Below, piece after piece: positions 29,416 to 44,129 of a stretch of 64,000 nucleotides of DNA. The notes below the pieces were generated by a model. The model saw only the letters and a list, made by a program, of their open reading frames with translations. It made no database searches and had not been told where the DNA came from. The stretch comes from the human T2T-CHM13v2.0 reference genome, Homo sapiens: NCBI RefSeq assembly GCF_009914755.1, contig NC_060937.1. The stretch is one strand, 5' to 3'. The translations under genes and the position numbers were made by a program. Position 1 is the first letter of the stretch. Every line of letters begins with the position of its first letter.

Positions 29416-31205
29416 AATTCAAGCTTATTATTGCTTGAATTTATCTAAGTATGTTTTCAAGCCTGTTTGCATCATACTTGCTAGTGATCTCTTCAGCAAA
29501 GCAAGTCATATAGACGAAGCCCCATGTCTGTGTGGGAAGCGAATACCCAAAAGGCATGGTTTTCAAGAGAGAATTGTGAAGTCCTTCAATAAACAATCTA
29601 CCACGACTTTGTCATTGTTTTTTATCTTGGTTTTGTAGTTTGTGATATAGTGATTCCAAGTTCTGGGCTATAACAACAGTCGACTTCATTACTTGGTTTT
29701 AATAACCATTAAGCTAAAAAGATATCTTACAAAGATCTCATTGAAAGTTGTTGATTGAGTTTACAATATAATATTCTGATTTTTTAGTCTCATTCATAAT
29801 TATATAAAAAAATCTTTTTGTTAAAATTTATTAATTTTCATCTTCTCTGGCATCAATTCATTTTTCTCACAATTTTGAAGGTGAGTATTTTTTTTATTTT
29901 CTAAAACATTGATTTAAAAATTCAATGAAACTCTCTGAAAGATTTTTGACATAATAAAAAATTGTCTTGAATTTTATAATGGTACAGACAAGAGATTTCT
30001 AAATAGGTTGTCTACATTGTTTTCAGCATCAAGATCACATAACCAAGGAGCATTTTCAAACATCTTTTTTCAAATTCTCTTTCTATAGCACCCATTTCTT
30101 TCAAAAGCAATTTCTTTCTTACTTATCATTAAAATTGATGTGTTAATATTTTAAAAATATCAACTAGCTTAACTATTAGCCACTTGTCATGGTAGAAGTG
30201 GTAAGCAATTTTGGAACACTAGTATCTTTACAGAAGAAAGTAACTCATTTTAAAATTTAACAGCTCTTCTAAGTAACTTACTATGAGATAACTAAGGAAA
30301 CTCTGTGTAGTATAAAAGTATTTTGTGGTCATGGTCACAGGCATATGTAAACTGCAAAATATCGGAATATGCTGAAAATTAAAAAGTGCTGGAAGGTGCT
30401 GCCATTAACACCTCTGTCTTGTGAAACCCCTGCCAACTGTGGGTTACACAAACCTCTAACACTTGGACCAACTGAGGAAACCTGTATCAGTCCTCATGTT
30501 AATGGTGAATTTTACTCCTTTATTTATTATTTAAGATAAGTAAATAGAAATCTGTTATGCTTAGCTCTGGGATGCCTGCACCCTACTTTGGAGACCCTTG
30601 TAACAAACAGCCATTGATTTCAAGGTACATGTGAAATGGGTCTTCGAAGGGAATTTCTGGCACGGTGTCAAGGAGGGTTTCTTCAGTGTCAAGTTGTATG
30701 GTACTTGTGTCATATTTGACTCAGAATACATTTTTCCATAGGATCCATGTTGTGATGCTTAGGGTCTTGAGTTATTTCTCAGATTTTAAAAAACCTATAC
30801 CATAACTATTAATCTATAATCTAAACTAATTAAAATACTATTTTGGTCACATAATAAATTAAGTCAATTTTATGAGCCAGCTTTCAAAATTAACCAATAT
30901 CAGGATAATTCTGAGTGTCAGGAAAGTGTAACCTCCACTTGTTTTACTTTAATTCTTTTGTACCACCATGAATATATCCACCCACTTAGCCCCCTCGATG
31001 CTGAATAGAGCAGTGGGACACAGAGAGAGGTTGTCAGGACAAACATCTTCCAAATGGGTTGTACCGTTAACTGTGGAGGAGAGTCATGGGCCCTTTCTTT
31101 TCCGAAACCATTCACCTGCCTTTCCTTGCAATGATAATAAATATATTACATGTTGAGAATGACAAAACCAGTTCTTTACTCAAAGGTTCAGTTATAAGTG
31201 TAAAG

Positions 31206-31399
31206 CAGGACTTCTCAGCCACAGCACTGCCGGCATCTTGGGCCACATAATTCTTCGCCGTGAAGCTCCGTCCTGTCGATGTAGGATGTTTAGTAGTATC
31301 CCTGGCCTCTACTGCTTCTAGATGCCAGTAGCACTCCTTTCCAGCAGTTACAATGACCAAATGTCCCCTGAGGGGTAAAGCCATCGTTAAGAACCATTG
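31206..31399 (+). mobile_element. MER20 (hAT-Charlie)
   Basis: tgtaggatgtttagtagtatccctggcctctac...tagatgccagtagcac...ccaaatgtcccctg...gttaagaaccattg. Confidence 0.85.
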
Positions 31400-31637
31400 G
31401 TCAAAAGGTAAAAGGATCACGGGAGGGGTTGGATGTCCTGCTACTTCTTTCTTCCTTTGCACTAAACAATGAAGGCTGTTTCCCAAGTGAATTTCTTTTC
31501 CTTCCCTTCCTAGATCGCAATCCTCTCTTCCTGAAGTCTTATTTTTGTTCCTTTCCTTTCTTGGTATCTTTACTTTCCCTATTTCCCTGGACATACCACT
31601 TAACCCTACAAAAATTATCAACCCCCAAATACACTCT

Positions 31638-32269
31638 TTATCTTGTCAATTTTACAGCCTCCATCTGCACAAGAATATCAAGACTTTTCTCCTTTATCCT
31701 GTTTCTGCACCTCTGCTGAGTGGAGGAGTGAGTGCATTTCTCAGTGTTTATGGACTCGAGGGTGGGATGAGGACAGAGGAAGGGATCCAGCCATTTCTCA
31801 CAACCTCCACTCTTACCGAGCAGGTCAGCACCAGCTTTATGTCTTGCCTGAATCACTTGCTCTAAATGCCCATCAGTCTCTCTGCTTCTACCCTTGCTGT
31901 CCACCATCTGTCATCAGCCCAGAAGCTAGCGCTGACCCTTCCTAAACATGAATCAGATCATGCCACTCCTCTGCTCAAAAGCCTGCAAAGGCTCCTCCTT
32001 TTACTCAGAATCAAATCCAACATTCTTACAATGGCCATAAGGCCCTGTATGATCTGGCCCTTACGTTTGCTTCTGCAATACCTCAGCTGCTATAGCTGTG
32101 CCCTCCTTGCTCGCTCTGCTTCAGCCACACAGAACTCCCTGTGGTTCCTTGACACAGTCTGTGTGCTGCTTAGATCCTGTGCCCTGGTTCTTCCCTCTTC
32201 CTGGACTACCCTTGCCTCAGACAGCCATCCAAATAGCCACCTCCCTCACCTCCCTCGGGTCTCTGCTCA
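31638..32269 (-). repeat. Inverted repeat, right arm
   Basis: Reverse complement of 23365-23987 with an 8-bp indel. Confidence 0.97.
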
Positions 32270-32596
32270 TGGGGGCAGATCCCTCATGAATGTCTTGGTG
32301 CTGTCCTTGCGTTTATGAGTGAGTTCTCACTCTTAGTTTACATGAGAGCTGGTTGTTTGAAAGAATGTGGCACCCCTTCCTCTCTCTCTTGCTTCCCTCT
32401 CTGGCCATGTGACATGTCTCTTCCCCCTTCTCCTTCTGCGATGAGTAAAAGCTTCCTGAGTCCTCACTAGAAGCTGAGCAGATGCTGGTCCCATGCTTGC
32501 ACAGCCTGCAGAACCATGAGCCAAATAAACATCTTTTCTTTATAAATTACCCAGTCTTAGGTATTCCTTTACAGCAATGCAAAATGTACTAACACC
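32267..32596 (+). mobile_element. MST (MSTB1-like) LTR lacking its first ~90 bp
   Basis: tcatgggggcagatccctcatgaatg...cagcctgcagaaccatgagccaaataaac...gtactaacac. Confidence 0.88.
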
Positions 32597-32898
32597 CTGG
32601 GTATTGTGCAAAATTCACCAGAGAATGGAGGGGGCAAATTTCCACTGAGCATCAGTTTTAACTGATTAGGAAGGCTCATTTAAATGTCATCATAGAAATA
32701 AAAAACAGACTTGGGTCCTATGGAAAATTAGTCACAAAGACTGTTCTACTTCATATTTCTTTTTCAAAGAGACACTTTTTTTGTGGCATCAAAGGTCCTT
32801 CTTAATCTGGCTACTCTATTACTGCAGTTTCCTCTCTCATGACATTCTACCACAAAACTTACGTTCCTGCTGTAGTGCTTTCTCAGGTCATGCCGCAG

Positions 32899-33240
32899 GA
32901 TAGAGACTGAATGTCATGTGTTGAAATCTGTTGCCTTATGTGCTGGTATTTGGAGGCATCCTAATGTGATGACTTTAGAAGGTTTTTAGGTCATAAGCGC
33001 TCCTCACAGGATTAGTAGCTTTAACAAGAGATCCCAGAAATCCCTGTTTCTTCTGCCATGTGAAGACACAGTGAAAAAAGGACTATCTATGAAACAGGAA
33101 GTGGACCCTCACCACTGAAACTGTTGGTGGCTTGATCTGGGACTTCCCAGTTTCTAGAACTATAAGAAATAAATTTCTGCTGTTTATAAGCCACACTGTC
33201 TGTGGCATTTTGTTATGGAAACCCAAAAGGACTAAGAAAC
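32899..33240 (+). mobile_element. MSTD/MLT1A-like LTR
   Basis: ccatgtgaagacacag...ttgatctgggacttcccagtttctagaactataagaaataaatttctgctgtttataagcc...ggactaag. Confidence 0.8.
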
Positions 33241-33429
33241 CATGCTTTATCTCACTTCTAAATCTCTACTCATAACATCCTTTTGGACTGAAATTCCTAT
33301 TGCCCTTTCTTCTCTAACTCTGCTTGGGGAATGTCTGCTCATTCTGGAACCCAACCTTCAGATAATCCATGAGGGCTTTCCTAAAACATTTTCACTCTTC
33401 ATGCCTCAAGGAGAATTTACCACTGTCTC

Positions 33430-33847
33430 TGTATTAATTTGCTAGGGTTGCCATAACAAAGTACCACAAACCGCATGGCTTATGTAACAGAAATGGATTG
33501 TCTCATAGTTCTGGAGGCTCGAGCTCTAAAATCAAGGTGTCAGCAAGGTCAGTTCTTTCTGAGGGCTGTAAAAGAATGATTTGATTCAAGGTTCTCTCTT
33601 TGGTTTGCAAATGGCCTTCTTCCTATGTCTCTTCACATCTCCTCTCTCTGTGTGTGTCTATGTCCAAATTTCTCCTGGTTATGAGGGCACCAGTCCTATT
33701 AGATTAGGGCCCACCCCAGTGACTTCGTTTTAACTCTGTAAGATTATCTCTCTAAAGATCCTATCTCCAAATAAGGTCACATTCTGTTGTACTGGGGGTT
33801 AGGACTTCAACTCATGGATTTTGGGGGAAATAATTCCACCCATAGCA
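33430..33847 (-). mobile_element. MLT1B-like LTR
   Basis: tgtattaatttgctagggttgccataacaaagtaccacaa...ccaaataaggtcacattctg...aattccacccatagca. Confidence 0.85.
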
Positions 33848-34021
33848 TAAAATAAATATTTTATTTATTTTCCTCTATTTATACTGTAATAATTTTTTGA
33901 ACTAGAGTATTTGTTTCTGCCTGACATCTTCCACTAGTGCGAACCACATTTGATTTTTCTTTATTCCTGACCCAGTATAATTCCTAGCACAAGAGGCTGA
34001 TTGCTAAACTCAGTTGGTCAG

Positions 34022-34327
34022 TTTTCTTTGTTTTGTTTTTTATTTTTGAGGCAGAGTCTGATTCTCTGTCACCCAGGCTGGAGTGCAGTGGCACCATCTC
34101 GACTCACTGCAACCTCCATCTCCCGATTCAAGTGATTCCCGTGCCGCAGCCTCCTGAGTAGCTGGGACTATAGGTGCACGCCATTATGTCCAGCTAATTT
34201 TTGTATTTTGAATAGAGACAGGTTTTTGCCATGTTGGCCAGGCTAGTCTCAAACTCCTGACCTCAAGTGATCTACCTACCTTAGCCTCCCAAAATGCTGG
34301 GATTACAGGCGTGAGCCACCACACCCT
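34022..34327 (-). mobile_element. Alu (old S/J)
   Basis: Reverse dimer gctggagtgcagtggc...gctgggattacaggcgtgagccacc. Confidence 0.93.
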
Positions 34328-34855
34328 CAATGGTTGGTTTTCTGATTGAATGATCAACCAACAAAAATCCAAAATGATGGTAGTCAACCTTCCCCATTTA
34401 ATGTTTAAGAAGGACGATGGAAATACCTGTGTGGAATTCTATATTTACCTTTTCTTATAGGTCCATCTCCCCCATTAGACTATGATTTCTTTGAGGATAG
34501 AACCATGTTTTATTCTTGATATAATAGAAATCATTAATTAGTAGCTTATCTGCTGTCTACCATACTCTTCCTTTTTACAAACAAAAGCTACATTTTGTTG
34601 GGGAAGGCAACATGTCTCAGACTCCTCTGCAGATAAATGAGGCTATCGGATGGCATTTTGGCCAATAAGAAGTAAATGGAAATGTGGACAGGACTTCCAG
34701 GAAAAGAGGAGAGGGCCCAGCTGGCATGTTTTCTTGCCCTTTGTCATTTCCCATTTTCCTATCTGGAATGCAGAGGCAGTGCTCAGAAGTGAAGCAACCA
34801 GTCTGTAACAGGTAAATAGAACACAGTAAAAATGGCTAAGCAGAAGGATAGAAAA

Positions 34856-36260
34856 TATCTTTACTTCAACCTCATTCTTGAAAGATGGTTTCCTAGTACA
34901 AGATTCTAAGTTGACATTTATATCCTCTCAGCATGAAGAAATTTTTGCTGTCATTATTGCTGTTGAGAAGTTAGCCACCACTCTAATTGCCTTTTCTTTG
35001 TAGGTGGATGTGTCTTCTACTTGCTGTTTTAAAAATCATTTCCTTCCTCTCTTTTGGTGTTTTGCTTCACTATAATATGTTTAAGTATGAATTTCTCTTG
35101 TTTATCAGACTTGTGACTCATTGGCCTTCTTGAACATGAGGATTGGAGTCTTTTGACAGCTAAAAGCAATTATCAGTCATTATCTCTCCAAATATTGTAT
35201 TTTTCTCATTATCTGAATTATATCTCTCTAAAGCTTTCACTAATATATGTCAAATATTCCTACTGTATTCTCCATCTCTCTTTACTCTCTTTCATACTTT
35301 CTATCTTTTAATGTCTCTGGACTGTATTCTGTATAGTTTCTTTAGCTACATCTCCCAATTGACTAATTCGCTCTCTAGCTGCATCTGTCTTATCTGCTGT
35401 TTACATTGCCTTATTAATTTCAAGTTGTATGTTTATTACTTCTAGAAGCTCTAAAACTTCTCTAGTGACTCCTTTACAAATATATTTGGTTCTTCTTAGA
35501 AAATTTCTTATTGTTGATATTCTTCCTTTCCTTTATTTCTCAAAACATTAAATATATTTTATCTTTAGTATCTCATAATTCCAGTATATGAAGTCTTTGC
35601 AAGTTTGATTCTTCTGTTTATTTTTTCTGCTGGTTTTTACTTATGGCTTCTTTGTTCATTAAGTGTTTTGTGAATTTTGACTGTAGACTGCTTATTTTTC
35701 TTATAACATTTTCAGTGGGAATTCTTTGAGGCCTGACTTCAAATTCCTCTAAGAGTATTTGGATTTGTTTGGCTTAATAATATGATGAAAGACACCACTA
35801 ACATGGGGCCACTTTATGTTCTTAATTTTTCTTTGAAACACAAAGACATTGTGAATTAGACAGCAAACCCACCGTGAAGTCAGGTTTAATGGTTTGAATT
35901 CTCAGGAGAGATTCCCCTCATCCTCTACCCAGCACCCAGGTTGATCCAGGCAAATTTCTTTGTTGTCCCTTCTAATGGTGGTTTTACTCCTTGTTTACTA
36001 TTACACTGAAGGTGTGGCCCTTTGGATACCAGCTTTATGTTGGGCGTTCTCTATAGGCTTCATTTCCTTATATGGACCTTAAGTTTCACTTCCTGACTCC
36101 TCTGATTTCACTAGACTAGCTCAAATTTTCCAGAGTTCAGCAGAAAATCTCAGAAAGAAAGATAACTTTGGCAATCTCTTTCTCCATGGGGTCTCTGCTT
36201 TCACTTTGTTTTTGACCTCTGTGGATTCCTTCCTTATGCACCAGTCATTAGATTCTTTCT
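34856..36260 (-). mobile_element. Old L1M (ME-like) 5'/ORF1 region; MLT1J-like fragment immediately upstream (~34545-34855)
   Basis: cattcttgaaagatggtttcctag..agattctaagttgac...tgctgttgagaagttagcc; T-rich antisense L1 composition. Confidence 0.65.
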
Positions 36261-36928
36261 TCTCCAGCATTATGGTTGTTTCAGTTACCACATCCTTCAA
36301 GGCTATCTACAAGCCATACCACAAGAAACAGAAACAAAAATTGTTTGTTTACATTGGTGAAAAATTTGCAAATAATCTGAATATTTACCCATAAAAAATT
36401 TATGGTACGTATACATGTATGAGATGTACATATAAAATGTCATGAAATCATGAAAAGGAATGTGGTCGATGTACAGGTACTGGCATAAAAATATGTTTAA
36501 CATATACTTTTAAATGCAAAGAGCTAGTTGCACAACAATATACATAACATGACTCTGTTTATGGTTTATGTTTTAAAAAATGAGAAACATATGTTCTTTT
36601 GCAAAGACACGTTTTTATTTAAATGCACAGAAAAAGATCCAGATGCTTACAGACTAAATGTAAAGAAATTTTATTTATACCTTTTTTTAACTTTTTAAAA
36701 TGAAAATGTATTCCTGTACTACTTGAGTTTATTTAAAAATAAACAAGTTTAAGAGATTATAAGTTATAAGGCATATGAAGCACTTAGTATAGTGCCTGAC
36801 ACATCATAAGAACGAACTTAACAAATTTTTGCTTGTATTGTTATTTTCATTTAAAAGAAAGAATTATTGATACATAGTGGAGTATTGTATGATATGATGG
36901 TGGATTGTGCTGCTCTACTAATCAGTAG

Positions 36929-37271
<343 letters not shown>

Positions 37272-38326
37272 TGATTAAAAATACCTATCTATTTCCAAAC
37301 TATAATTTATAGATCACTTGTTTCACTTGCTGCTTTCAGATGTTAATAGGTATTATTCAAAAAAATCCAGGATAATGTATTTTTAAATGCTGGGTTACAC
37401 AACTATAACAATTTTTGTTTGTTTTGTTTTTTAACAGTCAGAGTTATAAAATTCTAATATACATTATGAGTCTCAAAGAGGGAGATCTAGTATAAAACAC
37501 TCCTCAACTTACTGAAACCTAGAATCCTTTCTCTCAAGCATCCCCAGGGACTTCTCTTCTATGAAACACCCTTTTGGAAATACTTCACTAGACCATAATA
37601 CACATAACAGATATCACAATATCCATTTACTGACTCTGAACAAATTGTGAGTTTTTATAGTCAAGTTGTCATGATGTTTAATGGATAGTGCATTCTCTTT
37701 TGTCCTTTAATTCGTCTAGAACAGATTCCAAGTATAAACAATGACTTGTTTTGTAACTGAAGGCAAGAGACCTTCCCTGTCCATGTCTCAGTATACGAAA
37801 CACTTCTTTGGATTAGCATTGACTAATGGATGGAAAATATGATGCATCTAGAGCTGTTTCTTGGCATCAGATAACCTAAAGCTAAACAACAGGGCAGGCA
37901 TGAAAAATAAGAGGAGACAAAAACAAACCCCTGATGTCCTTGTTCCTGCTGACTGTTACTACACAATTAAGATCCCTGCTGATTGGGAAAAAAAAAAATA
38001 CACTACCATCTGTAATTGGATGAAAAAATATTTTTTGCACATGTTTGGACTGTATAAAGGAAAACTCAATGAAGTCAGAAGATATCAAAACAAAATATGC
38101 AATTCATTATCTCTAAGCTATATAAATAAGCTATGTAAATAATGAATGAATGTATACATCTTGCTAAGTATCTCCTTCCTCCACCTTTTACATCTGCTAA
38201 TTGTAACATGTTTGCAGAGAGCTGTTATCTTGGCATTCTTCATCCTTTTGAAAATAAACCATTCAAACTTGTTAATTTGTTCTTACAGCATCAGTTAACC
38301 AAAGGGCAGCATGGAGAAGAAGAGAT

Positions 38327-39378
<1,052 letters not shown>

Positions 39379-41804
39379 AGAAGATAAAACGAGACCCCCA
39401 ATGTCTTTGTTTCTGCTGACTGATAGCATCTTCAGACAGAACCATCCTTAGGCACATGCATTTTTACTATGAATGGTATATTAGGAATCGGGAGAGAATA
39501 CAAGCTGAAGATGTAGAATGGGGACTTGTGACTTCAATAGAAAAGAATTGCTTCCATTTTTTAACATTGGGGGTTAGGATAGTTTTGCTTCTGTAGTATG
39601 TGCAACTGGGCTGTCAAGCCCAGTTGATTATTCCAGATTGTGGGGGAGAAGGAGGTCTTTACTTCCAAGAATTGTCTGAAAAACAGAGAACTCTCCCTGG
39701 AACATGATTTTTTAAAAGCCTTCTAGAAGGAAAAGACCTCTTTGGTGACATCAAAGGGCTTCCTCATTCTAATCCATAAAGAAGTTCAGTTGAAGTGAAT
39801 AGAAGTTCCTCCATGGTCTGAGATTGTAACATTACTTTTTTTTCTCAACTATGTAGAAAGCAAAAAGTGATAATTTGGATTCTTTAATTTTTTAAGCACA
39901 AAAGTACTAAGTGCAGTGTTTCCTGACCCTTGCCTCTGAGTGGGTTAACGAGGTGAGGGCACTGGTGAGAAGGAGGTATATAGATTACTGTCTGTGACCA
40001 GGAAGTTCTCCATTCTGATAAGGCTGAATTTGATCATTCTATTAATAAATGCTGAAGTCTGGAATATGTCTTCTATTGTCCTATATTTGTTAAAATTGTT
40101 CATCTGTGCTCTCTTTCTACTCATGAAAATGACAGTGAAAAATAGCTGTCCATTAACACAAAAGCAAAATGTAATGCAGTAATGATGTTTGAAGCTTCCT
40201 GCAATGTTAGAGTTTTTAGAAATCATTAATAATAAATTACCAGCAATGCAACGGGCAGCTGATAACTCCTTTCTTTGGTAGGTAAAACTCTCCATTATAA
40301 AATAATAATACACTAAGTCATATGCCATAGCCTTCAGCAATTTTCTTAAAGTTATTTTACTTTAAGACCAGTGTTGCCAACATTGAATTCATTTTACAGA
40401 TAAGGAAACTGAGGCTATTTTACCCAATGATAATGTCGGAATGAGTCAGACTATTGTAATTGAAATCACTAGCTTAGTTCCAGATTTAAATTAAGGCCTC
40501 TCACATATTTGTAAATGTGACAGGCACCAGTAGAGATCATTGGTTAATGAGTGGAGGTTGGAGTGGAGATAGGGTTCCATTAATCACAAACTCTAGGCCA
40601 TAGTTCTCAATGTGTGGTTTGGGGCCATATGAGGAGTAAGAAAATGTACTCTTGGAGGAAAGGAAACAAACACAAAGCTTGCAAACAGGATGGCAAAACA
40701 CTCTCGAGTCAAAGACCCTTGTTTATCAGCTCAAGGGCTCAATATTCAGTTATCAGTGTGTAGCAGGGTCCAAGGCATGCAGCAAGTCCAAACATGCTCT
40801 GAGATGCTTCTCTCCTCTCATTTCCCTTAGTTCCATTCAGCAATTATCCAAGAACCTGATGGCTTCCTCTTTATGACAGAGTCTGCAAGAATACAAAAAG
40901 GAAATAAAAATGGCCATCCAATTCACAGAGCCCACATCCAATTTCCAGAGCCCACAAAGAGGAACTTCATGAAGGATAGTTCTGTCTGGTGCTATCATCC
41001 AAGACTTTATCTTTGTAATATGTGAAATCAGTCTGTTAGATAAAGATTAGCTCACACACTCAGTTTTTTTTCTGAAGAAGAACTTGTAGGAAGGTGAATT
41101 CTAAAATACAAATTGTGTGACTTTTGGCAGGACACTTCCCTCTGTGCCTTTGCTTCCTTATAGATAATGGGAGGTGGAAGGATTAAAATAAGTCAGGATC
41201 CTAAATCACTGGCCCACCAGAGAGCAGTGGCTTAAGCACAATAGCTTAAGTTCCTCCCTGCTTCAAAATTTGTTGGTGCTTTTATGTTAAGCAGCATTGA
41301 TATTAAGCAGTCATGGTTCATTGTTCCACCCAGTTCTAGGCTAGATATATATAGCCTGATACTTTATAGACTTCTAAGGGATGATCCTCAAACACATCAG
41401 AAATATAAGAAACCATAGAAATAAGTTCCTGAACATCTACCACTGCTTACGAAATAGTTGTAAATCATTTGTCTCCAACTATATTCTTCATATAGTTATA
41501 AAATTCAGGACTCTATTCCAAGTGAGGAAGCAGATCTTCTCTTCAGTTCTGCAACTGTTGAAACTTTAGGTAGACTCAATAATAATGACTTAGGGCAAAA
41601 CCTTAAAATTCAAGCTCTTTTAAGGAAGAACACATAATTTTAACCACATAAACAATCTTACAATCCTCATTCAGATCAGATACCATAACACTTTCTTATC
41701 AGACCTTAATGAATAGAAATGCAATTTCTTATAACTTAAATTCTGAAAGAATTACGTGACATGAGACAGAAGAAGGAAAAATGTATTGAACAAAAAAAGC
41801 CTGA

Positions 41805-42217
<413 letters not shown>

Positions 42218-42864
42218 GACTGTGTTCTTTCTTATGTAAAGAATTTCAAAATGACCTGCCAACAGGGTCCCAACCAGCCGGAACAAAAGAAATGGCATCA
42301 CCCACCCTGGTGTTCTAACAAGAAATTGCTTTGGAAGAGCTGATTGGCCTCTGTTTTCATATGACACCTGATTCATATCCTTGACAGAATTAATTTTCAA
42401 TGAAAGGAGAGCTCATTACTAATTCATTGAAATGGCCCTGTGCATTGAGAGCCAATTCTCCTAAACTTGACTTGAACATCCTTGTGTGGCATCGTCCAGG
42501 AAAACAATCTTGCCTCCTTGAATGGCCTTTAACACCTAGAGCCAGGAAAATTCCCTGACACATTTAGACTCTGACTGGGGTCAATGTTCAGCACCCCACA
42601 AGCACTCCTAGGGATAGTGACACATTTTCCATCTTCTCTCTTGTTTCCATTACTCCCTGGGAAGGTTCACATTAGGCAAGCATCAATATTTTGATGCAGT
42701 GACATGATAAATATCCACGGTCAAGGCTTGCAATTGCATTTTTGAAATGTCAGACAGAAGGGAGTAAAACAAGCAAATAAAACCAACCAAAAACACCACA
42801 AAGAGAAAATATATTAAGTGTCTTGAGAGATGTCCTATAGAACAATCCCTTACAGAAAAAAAAA

Positions 42865-44110
42865 AGAAAAACCTCAATCTCAACATGTCTAAAACTGAAT
42901 TTATTATTTTCCCTCCAAAACCCGGTCTGTGTTTCTTAGAGAATGGCATCACTGTTAAACCCACTTGTACAACCAAAGAACTAAAAAGACATCCTTGATG
43001 ACTCCCTTGCCCTCAGCCACCATGTAGAATTCTTCACCAACGCCTGTTGATTTTACCCCTTAAATATCTCTTGACTCTGACTCCTCTCCATCTCCACTGT
43101 CATCACTATCATCCTTCATCTCTAGTCACTGGTTGTGTTAGGTCATTCTTACACTGCTATAAAGAAGTATCTGAGACTGGGTAATTCATAAGAAAAGAAG
43201 TTTAATTAGCTCACAGTTCTGCAGGCTCTACAGGAAACATAGCAGCATCTGCTTCTGGGGAGGCCTCAGGAACAATCCAATCATGGCAGAAGGCAAAAGG
43301 GGAGCAGGCACATCAAATGGTGAGAACAGGAGAGAGAGAGAGGTACGGGGGAGGTGACACACTTTTAAATGACCAGATCTCACAAAAACTCACTACTACA
43401 AAGACAGTACCAAGACATGGGGGATCTGCCCCCATGATCCATCTGCCCCCATGATCTCCCACCAGGTCCCCACCTCCAGTGCTGGGGATTACAATTCAAC
43501 ATGAGATTTGGGTGGGGACAAATATCCAAACTATATCACTGGTAAAAACTGCTGGATTGTCTAGCCTCCTCTGTTAACTCTGATCTTCTACAATTTATTC
43601 TTATGCCACAGCTAGAATAATCTTTTTCAAACATAAATCCAATAGTAATATTGCTTTCTGGATAAAGTCCAAGATCTGTACATGACTGACAAAATTCTGA
43701 ATGTTCTGGCCTGACCCACGTCTTCAGCTTGACTTTGAGCTACTTCTCTTCATACACTGTGATCCACTGTGCTTTAGTCACTTGGACCTCCTTCCAGTTC
43801 TTCAAACTCATATGTTTACTTCCAACCACAGCATCTTTGAGGATGACATGTGCCCAATGTCTAATGCTCTTTGGTTCACACTTCTTCTTCCATTCACCTA
43901 ATTAGCCATTATTCATCCTTCAGAGCTGAGATCAAGTGTCACCCTCTCAGAAAGGCCTTTCTTGATTCCCTCAGTCCAGCCATGTTCATTGTCATAAAAC
44001 TGTCTTCCTTTACTTCAGAGCAAACAGCTAATGTGCAATTTTACATTCATTCATCCTTTAATCTATTGTAAGTTCAATATAGGTGGGGACTATGTCTGAC
44101 TTTTTTTTTT
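42865..44110 (+). mobile_element. L2 interrupted by MSTA
   Basis: acctcaatctcaacatgtctaaaactgaatt...ccacagctagaataatctttttcaaacataaatc...ctcagaaaggcctttcttga. Confidence 0.75.
43134..43538 (-). mobile_element. MSTA solo LTR
   Basis: tgtgttagg...tgctataaagaagtatctgagactgggtaatt...acatgagatttgggtggggacaaatatccaaactatatca; perfect 5-bp TSD ctggt; internal tandem duplication atctgcccccatgatc x2. Confidence 0.92.
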
Positions 44111-44129
44111 AATCATTGTTTATTTATTC

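Larger units (their letters stand above)
27970..29605 (-). mobile_element. MLT1 (F/G/H-like) LTR split by nested Alu and L1
   Basis: tgtatcagttagcctttactatataacaaaacactcaaaaac...; resumes ~29440 gcaaagcaagtcatatagac...caatctaccac. Confidence 0.65.

Noticed and set aside
31866-32318. Pair of near-identical ORFs (150 aa here; 119 aa at 23402..23761) resembling duplicated genes
   Set aside because: L2-derived sequence in the inverted repeat arms; frames diverge after an 8-bp indel; no promoter, splice or homology support
24104-32596. Two same-orientation MST LTRs 8 kb apart as one intact provirus
   Set aside because: Internal sequence lies upstream of the first LTR; the intervening DNA is host sequence with older repeats; the LTRs differ in subfamily features
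39945-40340. 131-aa minus-strand ORF
   Set aside because: Non-ATG start, AT-rich composition, no recognisable domain
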